Shown here: positions 51,827 through 60,592 of the stretch, piece by piece
How the letters are laid out: the number at the start of each line of letters is the position of its first letter
Position numbering within the stretch: position 1 is the first letter of the stretch
Assembly: GCA_045047305.1 (NCBI GenBank)
Contig: JASFYO010000016.1
Span: 1 to 64,000 of the forward strand
Source of the DNA: Planctomycetota bacterium
Lineage (GTDB): Bacteria > Planctomycetota > UBA1135
DNA length: 64,000 nucleotides
Direction of reading: 5' to 3'
Made by a program: the position numbers and the translations under genes
The notes under the pieces: model-generated
Told to the model about the DNA's origin: nothing
What the model saw: only the letters and a program-made list of their open reading frames with translations
The model's database searches: none

Positions 51827-52626
51827 TTCTTGCCGCACTTCTATCTATATCGTTGTTGCAGGTTGCGCAACCACCCGCAGCGCAAACCAAGGAAACAAAC
51901 CACCAGCAAAAATGGTGGCAGCAATTGAGTGAAGAGGAGCGCGCACAAATGCGCAAGCGTATGGAATCCATGCGCGAGATGAGCCCAGAGGCACGCAAGG
52001 AGCTCGAAGGCCGGCGCAAGGTGTTTGAAGAAGAGAAGGCTCTCTTAATAAAGCAACTAAGCGAAGAGGATCGTGCGCGCTACGAGGCTCTTGACGTAAG
52101 GGAGCAAGCCCATTTTGTAAGGGAGCAAGTACACGAACGCTTGCGTCAACGTGGAGAACGTTTGCGTCAACGTTTTCCTGGCATGGAAAAGGGAAAACTG
52201 GCCTTTGAAGAATCCCGTCGCAAGCAGGTGATGGAGGGCATTGTTCGAGCAGGTGAAGATGGCTGGTTTGGTCCTCATGCGCTGGAGTACTTCAAACAAG
52301 CGCCTTTGCATGAAGCGATGCACGCCTTGATGGAAGTTCAGAAGTGGCAATTTTTGGAGCAAGCCCAAGAGACGGAATTCTGGGCCAAGAAGAAAGTAGG
52401 CGAAGAGAGGCAGCGTCGAATTTCAGCGTTGCCAGCACCAGAATTTTTCCGGGAAATTCAAAGTTTGGTGGATGGCCGCCCCAAGGGTCCACCTCGAGGC
52501 CATAGAGAAGGTAGAGAGGACCAAGGCGGCAGAGCGGGGCAAGGTCCGCCGCATGGAGGACGTCGGCCAGGTGGTCCGGAACCAGGTCCACCACAGCCGC
52601 CCAAAGAAGGTGGGCGGTATCGCTAA
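51823..52626 (+). CDS. Exported helical protein (DUF3106-like), third gene of the ECF operon
   Basis: Signal peptide; repeated WQQLSEEER / MSPEAR / LSEEDR units; Gly/Pro/Arg-rich tail; ATGA overlap with the upstream gene. Confidence 0.65.
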   Translation: MILAALLSISLLQVAQPPAAQTKETNHQQKWWQQLSEEERAQMRKRMESMREMSPEARKELEGRRKVFEEEKALLIKQLSEEDRARYEALDVREQAHFVREQVHERLRQRGERLRQRFPGMEKGKLAFEESRRKQVMEGIVRAGEDGWFGPHALEYFKQAPLHEAMHALMEVQKWQFLEQAQETEFWAKKKVGEERQRRISALPAPEFFREIQSLVDGRPKGPPRGHREGREDQGGRAGQGPPHGGRRPGGPEPGPPQPPKEGGRYR

Positions 52627-52635
52627 GATGTTGCA

Positions 52636-53427
52636 GTGAACATCGACTTTGCGAAAACAGCGAAAGACTATGCGCAACACCGCGTTGGTTTCCCGGAAGA
52701 GTTTTTCGAACGCTTAGCCGAAGCGGGAATATTGAAAGCCGGATGCCGGGCCTTGGACCTTGGAACAGGTACGGGTTTGGTTGCGCGGGAACTTGCAAAG
52801 CGTGGTGCCGATGTTGTGGGCTTAGATCTCGCAGGTGCACTCTTGTTAGAAGCGCAGCGCTTAGACCAAGAAGCTGGGCTTTCGGTTCGTTACGTGGAGG
52901 CTCCCGCAGAAAAAATGGGATTGGAAAACCAGTCATTTGATTTGATCCTTGCGGGTCAGTGTTGGCATTGGTTTGATCGCCCCAAAGTATTGCAGCAGAT
53001 CAAAAAAGTTCTGCGGCCCAATGGGATCCTTGTGATTGCTCATTTTGATTGGCTCCCCATTCGTGACAGCATGGTTGCGGCAACGGAAAGCCTGATCTTG
53101 AAGTACTCACCGAAATGGGAGCTTGGAGGAGGCACTGGCCTGTATCCCCAGTGGCTGCCAGAGATTTCGGCGGAAGGATTTACACAGATCGAAACCGGGA
53201 GTTTTGATTTAGACGTCTCCTATTCTCCTGAGGATTGGCGCGGTCGAATTCGTGCGAGCGCCGGGGTCGCAGCTTCCTTGTCGCCGGAGAAGGTGTCAGC
53301 TTTTGATATGGACTTGCGGAAAATCTTAGAGGACCACTTTCCTCAACGCCCCTTGAAGGTACCGCACCGGGTTTGGTGGGCCTCCAGCCGGAATACGGGA
53401 GTGAAATCGGATGGGAACAGGCTATAG
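52636..53427 (+). CDS. Class I SAM-dependent methyltransferase
   Basis: Motifs LDLGTGTG, FDLILAGQCWHWF, VLRPNG. Confidence 0.9.
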   Translation: MNIDFAKTAKDYAQHRVGFPEEFFERLAEAGILKAGCRALDLGTGTGLVARELAKRGADVVGLDLAGALLLEAQRLDQEAGLSVRYVEAPAEKMGLENQSFDLILAGQCWHWFDRPKVLQQIKKVLRPNGILVIAHFDWLPIRDSMVAATESLILKYSPKWELGGGTGLYPQWLPEISAEGFTQIETGSFDLDVSYSPEDWRGRIRASAGVAASLSPEKVSAFDMDLRKILEDHFPQRPLKVPHRVWWASSRNTGVKSDGNRL

Positions 53428-53567
53428 CACTTGTTTCGCGCATCTGTAAGAGCTGTCGTCCTATGTTCGGGAGAATCAAGCGCAAATTTTGTGCGACGCA
53501 GCCGATGGGAACCTATGCCCACGGCTAATCAACCGAATTTCTTTACCAAAAATTCCGGCCCCTCTGA

Positions 53568-55097
53568 ATGACCACCTCCGCCCCCTTGACATCTCCCGAC
53601 CCTTCTGACAACCCAATAGGTGTACCCCACGCCGAATTGCAGGGAGCCGCTAGTCTTTTCCGCTTTCGCCCAGAGCGCTTGTCAGTGTCGGCATTGGAGT
53701 TTGATTCCACCTGTAGTTTTCGGGTGGGCGAGCAGGTGTTTGAGAATTTGCAGGTGATCGATGTCTCCTGCACAGGCCTGGGCCTTCAGAGTGAATCGCC
53801 CCTGGACTTAGATGAGGGGGCGATCGTTGAAGATGTCCGCTTTCGTCACCGCGGCCGCGTTGTTTGGACCGGCCAGGCACAGGTGGTTTACCCGCAGAAT
53901 GGCAACCAGCTTCGTTTTGGGATACGCTTTTTAGGCACCTCTCTAAGCCTGCAGGAAATGCGATTTCGTGATGACTTTGTCGAGCAACGCTTGGGGCACG
54001 CTTTGGAGCGACTGCGTTCTTACGAAGAAATCTTGCCGGCAGAGTGGCGCGCGCGGGTGACACATTTGCACCAGCTTTTGTTGGAGGCCAAGGTCTTGCT
54101 TGACTCACAACAGGCTGGAGACAGCGAAGGACGGTGGCGCGAACCAGACCGCAGCTGGCGTTTATGCGAAGCTTTCTTGGAGCGATGGGGCCCGGAATTC
54201 CGTCGTGTAACAGAAGAGCTTGATGCGCTAACGACATCTTTCGATCAGCGCCAAGTGGAGTTGGGTTCCATTTTTGCGCAAGGCATCATCATGCAAGAGT
54301 TCAGGCATTGCGAAATGATGCGTCGAGCTTATGAAAAGCCACAAGGCTATGCCGGCGACTATCGCATGATGGAGCTTGGCCAGACCAATATTCTAGAAGG
54401 GGAAACTCTCTACCATCGTTTTCTACATTTCCTTTCGCAGCAATTTTCTCTTGGCCAAACCATTCAGGCTCGTGCCTGGAATGCGCAAGACGCTGCAGCG
54501 GAGACGATTGCTCTTGACCGTCCGGTTCGGATTCTTTGTCTAGCCTCTGGGCCAGGTGTGGAGTTGCGCCGATTGATTCGGGATACGCAAGAGTTCAAAC
54601 ACCGGGTAGAGATTTTGTTGGTGGATCAGGACGAGGATTCTTTGCGGTCTTGCCTTGATCAATTGAATCGTGCATGTGGTGAACGCGGAGACAATCCACC
54701 AATCGAGTTCCATTGTCTTCACTTTTCATTACGCCAGATCATTGCGCCGAAGAGAGGAGCCGAGCAGGAGTTGGTGAAATCTGTTTTGACCGGAGTCGAT
54801 TTAGTGTACTCCATGGGACTGTTTGATTACTTGCTGCAGCCGCTAGCTCGGCGCACGGTTTCTTCTCTTTACAAGCTACTAAACCCGGGCGGCCGTCTTT
54901 TCATTGGCAACCTGATGCGTGTGCCGGATAGTACCTGGATCATGGAATATGGCGTTGCGTGGAATTTAGTCTACCGTACCGAAGAAGAGATGATAGATCT
55001 TGGTGCGGAGATTGTGCCTGAGCCGGCTTCGGTTCAAGTCGAGCGCGATAAAACGGGTCACTGTTTGTTCTTTGACGCACGTCGCGGCGAAGAATAA
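53568..55097 (+). CDS. PhcB-like class I SAM methyltransferase with an N-terminal PilZ-like domain
   Basis: DVSCTGLG (PilZ DxSxxG); RAYEKPQGYAGDYRMM, LCLASGPGVE, LVDQD, DLVYSMGLFDYL, LNPGGRLFIGN, W.LVYRT. Confidence 0.78.
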   Translation: MTTSAPLTSPDPSDNPIGVPHAELQGAASLFRFRPERLSVSALEFDSTCSFRVGEQVFENLQVIDVSCTGLGLQSESPLDLDEGAIVEDVRFRHRGRVVWTGQAQVVYPQNGNQLRFGIRFLGTSLSLQEMRFRDDFVEQRLGHALERLRSYEEILPAEWRARVTHLHQLLLEAKVLLDSQQAGDSEGRWREPDRSWRLCEAFLERWGPEFRRVTEELDALTTSFDQRQVELGSIFAQGIIMQEFRHCEMMRRAYEKPQGYAGDYRMMELGQTNILEGETLYHRFLHFLSQQFSLGQTIQARAWNAQDAAAETIALDRPVRILCLASGPGVELRRLIRDTQEFKHRVEILLVDQDEDSLRSCLDQLNRACGERGDNPPIEFHCLHFSLRQIIAPKRGAEQELVKSVLTGVDLVYSMGLFDYLLQPLARRTVSSLYKLLNPGGRLFIGNLMRVPDSTWIMEYGVAWNLVYRTEEEMIDLGAEIVPEPASVQVERDKTGHCLFFDARRGEE

Positions 55098-57722
55098 TTA
55101 TGCGGCCTCAGAAGATTCTTCCGCATCACCGCCCAAGCTAATCCCTTTATTTAAGGGCAGAGTCATGGTGAAGGCTGCTCCACCTTCTGGTGGGTGGAAA
55201 TCAACTTCAATGCGGCCGTCGTGAGCGGTGACAAGGTTGCGCACAATGGAGAGGCCGAGTCCGGTTCCGTTTGCCTTTCCGGCAGTTGCGAACGGCTGGA
55301 AGAGTTTCTTTGCAGCTTCATCAGGGATGCCGGGGCCGTTATCCGCAACTCGAATGATGAGGTGGTTCTTCGTGACTTCCGTGCGCATCCATACGGTTCC
55401 GTCGGTCTTTCCATCGACTCCGACTACCGCATCGCGTGAGTTGTTGACTAAGTTCTCGAGGACACGAGAAATGCGGTCGCGATCCATTTCAATCTCGGTT
55501 TCAAGATCTCCAACACTCTCTTGCTCAAAAGTAATGTCGACGTTCTTCAAAGACGCACTCATATCTTCACTTAGGCGCCCAAGGAATTTGCTTACTTTGA
55601 TTGGCTGAAGGTCAAGGGTTACATTGTTTCCACGCACAAACTCGAGCAACTCTTGAATCATGTTGTTGACCCGGCGCACGGTATCTTCGATCGCGACGAG
55701 GTCATCATCCACTCCGTCTAGGTTGCCAGCCATTTCGGTGACCATACGGACTAACTCAATGCGGTTAAAAATCGCAGTAAGCGGGCCACGCATGTCATGG
55801 GCTATGGTTCCGGTCATTTGCCCCACAGCGACAAGGCGGCTATCGCGCTCGTCCAAGGTTTTCTCGACGGCACGGGTGCGTAGCTGCGCAGCAATCCGCG
55901 CCTCGATCTCAACCATCTTGAACGGCTTGTTCACATAATCAACTGCGCCTAGACGTAAGCCTTTTACTACGGCTTCGGCTCCAGTTTTTGCAGTCAGCAT
56001 GATGATGGGAGTTTTATCGAAGGTCTTGTCCTTGCGTAACTCTCCAACCATTTCGAAACCATCCATGACGGGCATTTGCACATCGGACACGATCATGTCG
56101 GGGCGAATCTTACGCGCTTTCTCCAAGCCAAGTTTTCCGTTTTCAGCAGTGGCAACACGGTAACGCTTGGCCAAGGAAGTGGAAACGAAGGAGCGCATGT
56201 CGGGATTGTCTTCCACCACCAGCAAGAGTGGAGCATCAGCTCCGGCTTGGTCCAAAATACGGTCTTGCGTATCTTCCAATCCAGTGGTTTGAACGTCGGC
56301 GAACCTGGTTGCATCGGAGTTGGACCGCGCGACGGTTTGCACTTCTTTCTTTTTCGTAGCAGGGTTTTGCGCGGAAGAGCCATTCCAATCACTGGCCTCG
56401 AGGGTTGGCAACTGTATGCGGAAGGTGGTTCCTTTGCCCAGTACGCTGGAGGCTTCAATGGTTCCCCCGTGTAGCTCGACCAGCTCTTTGGAAAGAGCTA
56501 AGCCCAACCCAGTTCCTTGAATCTTGCCGCCTTTGCCGCCGTCCACTTGGTGGAAACGATCGAAGACTTTCTTTACATCCTTTTCCGGAATGCCACATCC
56601 AGTGTCTTGTACCTCAATCCAGATGAAGTCTTTCTCAGCTCCGGTTTCTATCGTAACGCTACCACCATCAGGGGTGAACTTCATCGCGTTCGACAACAAG
56701 TTCGCAACGGCCGTTTCTATTTGCTCGGCTTCGTGTGGGATTTCTGGCAAGACGTCGAAACCATTTCCAGTTAGCTTGATGCCGCGCTGAAGTGCATAAG
56801 GGGCAGCACCGGCAACTAAGGTGTCGAGCACTTCTCCAACCTGACCGAGCTCCCGGTTGCACTCTTGTTGCCCCGCTTCGATTTTGGAGAAGTTAAGGAT
56901 CGTATTTACCTGACGCAGCAGGCGGTGCGCGTTGGCGCTCATGGAATTCAATAAGGGTTTGGGATCACCGCCATCGCCGCTCATGAGAGATTCCAAGGGA
57001 CCCAAAATCAACATTAGGGGTGTTCTCAGTTCGTGGGAAACGTTAGCAAAGAATCCTGTTTTTGCCTTATCCAACTCTTGAAGGCTTTCATTTGCCTCCT
57101 TGAGTTGTAGGCGTAAAAGTAGTCCTTCGCGTCGTGAGGCTTCAATTGCGCCTGCCGCCCAACAAGTTAGGAAGAAGGTTCCACCAAGGAAGAACACCGG
57201 CAATAAGGCTTCGCCCAAGGTTGCGGTGGGAGCCCCTAAGTTCACCCCAATGTAGAAAACCATGACAGCCAAGCAATACCAGGCGGTTAGCCTGACGCCC
57301 CACGGGAAGAACAAGCCGACCAAAAAAGCGGCAAGCATGATTCCAATGAAGTATTCATGGCCAAATCCCCCTAGCAATCTAGTCATCACCGCCATGGCAG
57401 CTGCGCCAATGAACATAATGCCAAAGGAAAGCGGTCGCACATTTTTCCTTCCCCAGTCGGTATTGGCAAAGGCAAGATAGGCAAGTGGAGAAAGTACAGC
57501 GACAATTCGAATCCAGAAGAAGGTCCAGAATTGTCCTTCTCCAACCACAAACAGATCGAGTAAAGCAAAAGCTACGTAAAGGAACGAGCCAGCCAAAAGG
57601 CTTACCCGTAGTCGTGCCGTCAACAAGTCACGGCCTTCCTGCTGGAAGAGCTCGTCAAAGTTCTCCAGCTGGCCGGCAGGGACCAGGTTGCTTGTCGGTG
57701 TTTTGGGATCTGTCGATTCCAT
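55098..57722 (-). CDS. Membrane hybrid sensor kinase: TM sensor-HisKA-HATPase-REC-HisKA-HATPase
   Basis: About six TM helices; SHELRTP, NLLSNAMKF, DTGCG, GTGLGL; REC VVEDN...SDVQMP...KPF; a second AHDMRGP, NLVNNS, DNGPG, GTGLGL. Confidence 0.93.
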   Translation of the reverse strand: MESTDPKTPTSNLVPAGQLENFDELFQQEGRDLLTARLRVSLLAGSFLYVAFALLDLFVVGEGQFWTFFWIRIVAVLSPLAYLAFANTDWGRKNVRPLSFGIMFIGAAAMAVMTRLLGGFGHEYFIGIMLAAFLVGLFFPWGVRLTAWYCLAVMVFYIGVNLGAPTATLGEALLPVFFLGGTFFLTCWAAGAIEASRREGLLLRLQLKEANESLQELDKAKTGFFANVSHELRTPLMLILGPLESLMSGDGGDPKPLLNSMSANAHRLLRQVNTILNFSKIEAGQQECNRELGQVGEVLDTLVAGAAPYALQRGIKLTGNGFDVLPEIPHEAEQIETAVANLLSNAMKFTPDGGSVTIETGAEKDFIWIEVQDTGCGIPEKDVKKVFDRFHQVDGGKGGKIQGTGLGLALSKELVELHGGTIEASSVLGKGTTFRIQLPTLEASDWNGSSAQNPATKKKEVQTVARSNSDATRFADVQTTGLEDTQDRILDQAGADAPLLLVVEDNPDMRSFVSTSLAKRYRVATAENGKLGLEKARKIRPDMIVSDVQMPVMDGFEMVGELRKDKTFDKTPIIMLTAKTGAEAVVKGLRLGAVDYVNKPFKMVEIEARIAAQLRTRAVEKTLDERDSRLVAVGQMTGTIAHDMRGPLTAIFNRIELVRMVTEMAGNLDGVDDDLVAIEDTVRRVNNMIQELLEFVRGNNVTLDLQPIKVSKFLGRLSEDMSASLKNVDITFEQESVGDLETEIEMDRDRISRVLENLVNNSRDAVVGVDGKTDGTVWMRTEVTKNHLIIRVADNGPGIPDEAAKKLFQPFATAGKANGTGLGLSIVRNLVTAHDGRIEVDFHPPEGGAAFTMTLPLNKGISLGGDAEESSEAA

Positions 57723-57840
57723 GAATGTGAAGGGCCCCCGGTAAACGCCGGAGGCTGTCTCATCCTTTTCGGCACGTAAGGGGGGAATCCTTTACGAAGT
57801 CCCTACAGGAAGAGGCGCAGGAGTCCGATATTAAAAGGTC

Positions 57841-58206
57841 ATGGCTCGAATCCTCATTGCAGACGACGACTCGGAAATCCGCGTCACCCTTCAAAAGCTC
57901 CTCCAGATGGTAGGCCACGAGGTGGAACTAGCCAAAGATGGCCTAGAAGCCACACGTATCCTTTCTGGAGGGGAGTTTGACTTAATGGTCACAGATATTG
58001 TGATGCCGAACCAAGAAGGCTTGGAGTGCATCCTGGAGGCGAAGCAAAAGCATCCAGACTTGCACCTCATCGCAATGTCGGGCGGCGGTAAAGACCGTAC
58101 CGAAAACTACTTACGCATGGCTAAGACTTTTGGCGCCGACGCCATTTTCATGAAGCCATTTTCCCCACGGGAAATGCTCGACAAAGTGAACGAGCTCGTC
58201 GGCTAG
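57841..58206 (+). CDS. Single-domain response regulator (CheY-like receiver)
   Basis: Motifs ILIADDD, TDIVMP, AMSGG, KPF; 121 aa. Confidence 0.93.
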   Translation: MARILIADDDSEIRVTLQKLLQMVGHEVELAKDGLEATRILSGGEFDLMVTDIVMPNQEGLECILEAKQKHPDLHLIAMSGGGKDRTENYLRMAKTFGADAIFMKPFSPREMLDKVNELVG

Positions 58207-58871
58207 GCGATAAGGGGCGGGAGAACGTACTGATAGACCGCCACCACGTGTGCGGCGCTTCCAGCGAGCACGAATAAGTGCCAAACCGCATGGAAGAAGG
58301 GGACCTTCTCGTCGAAGATGAAGAAGGTGATGCCTAGGGTGTAGAACAACCCACCCACAACAAGCCATTCAAAGCCGCCAGCTGGCAGATTCGCCGTCAT
58401 AGGCTCCCAGCCGATCACGGCCATCCAGCCCATGCCTAGGTAAAGCAAGTTGGAGAGTTTCTGGAATCGGCCGGTGAAAAATAGCTTAAAAACGATGCCG
58501 CAAAGAGCCATCGTCCATGCTGCAGCCAGAAATGACCATCCCCATGGGCCACGTAGGGTTACCAGCGCAAAAGGGGTGTAACTTCCGGCAATCAACAGGA
58601 AAATGCAGGAGTGATCCAGCACTTGCATCCAGTTTTTGCTCTGGGGGGTGCGCGCTAAGTGATAGGCGGTCGATGCTCCGTAGAGTAGGACTAGTGATAA
58701 GGCAAAAATACTGAATCCGAGGACTGCGAGGGTATCGCCACGGGAGGTTGCAGCAAACACCAAAAAGGGTGCTGCGATCAAGCTAAACAGCAGACCGACG
58801 CCATGGGTGAGGGCGTTGGCAATCTCTTCGCGGTCTAGAGCGACGGCAGGGGCATCTATGGTGTGCTGCAC
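58203..58871 (-). CDS. Hemolysin III / PAQR family membrane protein (TrhA-like)
   Basis: Motifs EEIANALTHG, STAYH, LDHSCIFLLIAGSYTP, HAVWHLFV. Confidence 0.93.
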   Translation of the reverse strand: MQHTIDAPAVALDREEIANALTHGVGLLFSLIAAPFLVFAATSRGDTLAVLGFSIFALSLVLLYGASTAYHLARTPQSKNWMQVLDHSCIFLLIAGSYTPFALVTLRGPWGWSFLAAAWTMALCGIVFKLFFTGRFQKLSNLLYLGMGWMAVIGWEPMTANLPAGGFEWLVVGGLFYTLGITFFIFDEKVPFFHAVWHLFVLAGSAAHVVAVYQYVLPPLIA

Positions 58872-58901
58872 GCTTTAAAATACCCCCAGAACACCGTTCG
58901 G

Positions 58902-60590
58902 TTACGAAAAATGAGCCTCAACCTTTGCCAAGACTTGTGCCTCGGCAGCTTTAGCTCGTTGCTCTAAGGCGATTCCGCGTTCCAAGAAACCCTGGCGCGC
59001 GGATTCGTCTTCCAAGTCAGAGGCATTGATGCGGACGTTAAGGTAAGCCCCACGGACCGCGGCACGAGCGCAAAGGGCTGCGACTCCAGCATCCGATGCG
59101 GAGGCCGAGAGGCCCTGTTCTGCCATGGCTTCGGCAACCTCCATCGAGGCTAGTGAAACTTCCATAATACGGAATGGAACCGCGATTGCCTGATGCACTG
59201 CCGCCTGAACCGCAGCTTGCTTCGCTGCTTTTTCTGCGTCACTGCCTGCCGGTAAGCGCCAGCTAGCCATGATGGCATTAAATGCGTCGGTGTCTTTGTC
59301 GACGAGCGCGAGTAGCTCGACCATGCAGGCCTTGCCCTTCTCGGCCCAATCTGAAAACTCTTCCCAACGCGCATCCCATCCTTGTTTGTGCGAGCTTAAG
59401 TTCGCCACCATGGTGCTGAGTGCTGCACCCAGAGACCCAAGAGTTGCCGCGACGGATCCACCACCTGGTGCAGGACTCTCCGAGGCCGTTTCTTCGCAGA
59501 ACCCAGTGATGGTGAGGTCAACCAAGCGCTTGCATTTGTCCGCCGCCGTCAAAACGTACTCAATGATTTTCTCTTCAGGCTTAAACGGATAGAGCTCATC
59601 AAGGCCCATCGACTTGACGGCAATCTTAATCAACTCCGCATCACTGACTCCCGTTGAGCGCGACTGTTTGCGTAAGTAGTGACGCCCAGCATCCAACATC
59701 GCTTGTAGTGGAATCAGTCCGACCAATTCCGATCCGGTAACCCGAATCCCACGCGCTTGTGCTTTGTCTAGAACTTCGTCGAAAGCGATATGGGTTGGTG
59801 TGACCGAAATATTGGTGAGGTTCATCGAGACTTGGCAAATGCCAAACTCTTCAATAAACCACCCGATGCCTTTGACGCACTTGAGCGTCCCGGGATTCCA
59901 AACGGTCTTGCCGTTTTCATCTTTTACAATTTCACCCGTAAGCGGATCTGGCTTGCGCAAAATCCGTCCCTTCTCACGCACATCAAAGGCAATGGCATTC
60001 GCGCGACGGGAGCTCGTGGTGTTGAGGTTGATGTTATACGCAACCAAAAAATCGCGTGCGCTAACTGCGGTTGCACCCGTGCGCGGCTGGAATTCAGAAG
60101 GGCCAAAATCCGGCGCCAATTCTTTAGTCCCAACCCGATCCTTGACGGCTTCGTATTCGCCAGCGCGCACATTGGCCAAGTTCATGCGCTCTGGTTTCAG
60201 CGCTGCGTTCTCATAGCAATAAATGGAAAGCCCAGCTTCTTCGCCGAGACGCTTGGCCAGTGCGCGTGCATACTCCACCGTTTCGTCCATGCTGATGTTC
60301 GCGATTGGAACCAGCGGACAAACGTCCATAGCGCCGAAGCGAGGATGCTCTCCAGTGTGCTGGCGCATGTCAATGAGCTCGGCAGAGACTTTCCCAGCAA
60401 TCACGGCAGCATCTAAAACCGCATTTGGAGTGCCGACAAAGGTCACTACGGTGCGGTTGGTGGCAGCGCCAGGATCGACATCAAGAAGGGTGACGCCGTC
60501 AACGCTTTCAATCGCATCGGTAATGCGTTTGATAATCTCCATGTTCCGGCCTTCGCTGAAGTTGGGAACGCATTCAATGAGTTGTTGCAT
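58902..60590 (-). CDS. ftcD: Bifunctional glutamate formiminotransferase / formiminotetrahydrofolate cyclodeaminase
   Basis: Motifs ECVPNFSEGR, HPRFGAMDVCP, QVSMNL, SELVGL; C-terminal SPAPGGGS cyclodeaminase domain. Confidence 0.93.
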   Translation of the reverse strand: MQQLIECVPNFSEGRNMEIIKRITDAIESVDGVTLLDVDPGAATNRTVVTFVGTPNAVLDAAVIAGKVSAELIDMRQHTGEHPRFGAMDVCPLVPIANISMDETVEYARALAKRLGEEAGLSIYCYENAALKPERMNLANVRAGEYEAVKDRVGTKELAPDFGPSEFQPRTGATAVSARDFLVAYNINLNTTSSRRANAIAFDVREKGRILRKPDPLTGEIVKDENGKTVWNPGTLKCVKGIGWFIEEFGICQVSMNLTNISVTPTHIAFDEVLDKAQARGIRVTGSELVGLIPLQAMLDAGRHYLRKQSRSTGVSDAELIKIAVKSMGLDELYPFKPEEKIIEYVLTAADKCKRLVDLTITGFCEETASESPAPGGGSVAATLGSLGAALSTMVANLSSHKQGWDARWEEFSDWAEKGKACMVELLALVDKDTDAFNAIMASWRLPAGSDAEKAAKQAAVQAAVHQAIAVPFRIMEVSLASMEVAEAMAEQGLSASASDAGVAALCARAAVRGAYLNVRINASDLEDESARQGFLERGIALEQRAKAAEAQVLAKVEAHFS

Positions 60591-60592
60591 GA

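Noticed and set aside
52480..52626. Gly/Pro/Arg-rich low-complexity stretch as a DNA repeat
   Set aside because: It is a coding low-complexity tail with no exact tandem nucleotide unit.
58203..58871. Hemolysin III as a virulence toxin
   Set aside because: It belongs to a widespread PAQR-type membrane homeostasis family, and nothing here indicates a toxin context.
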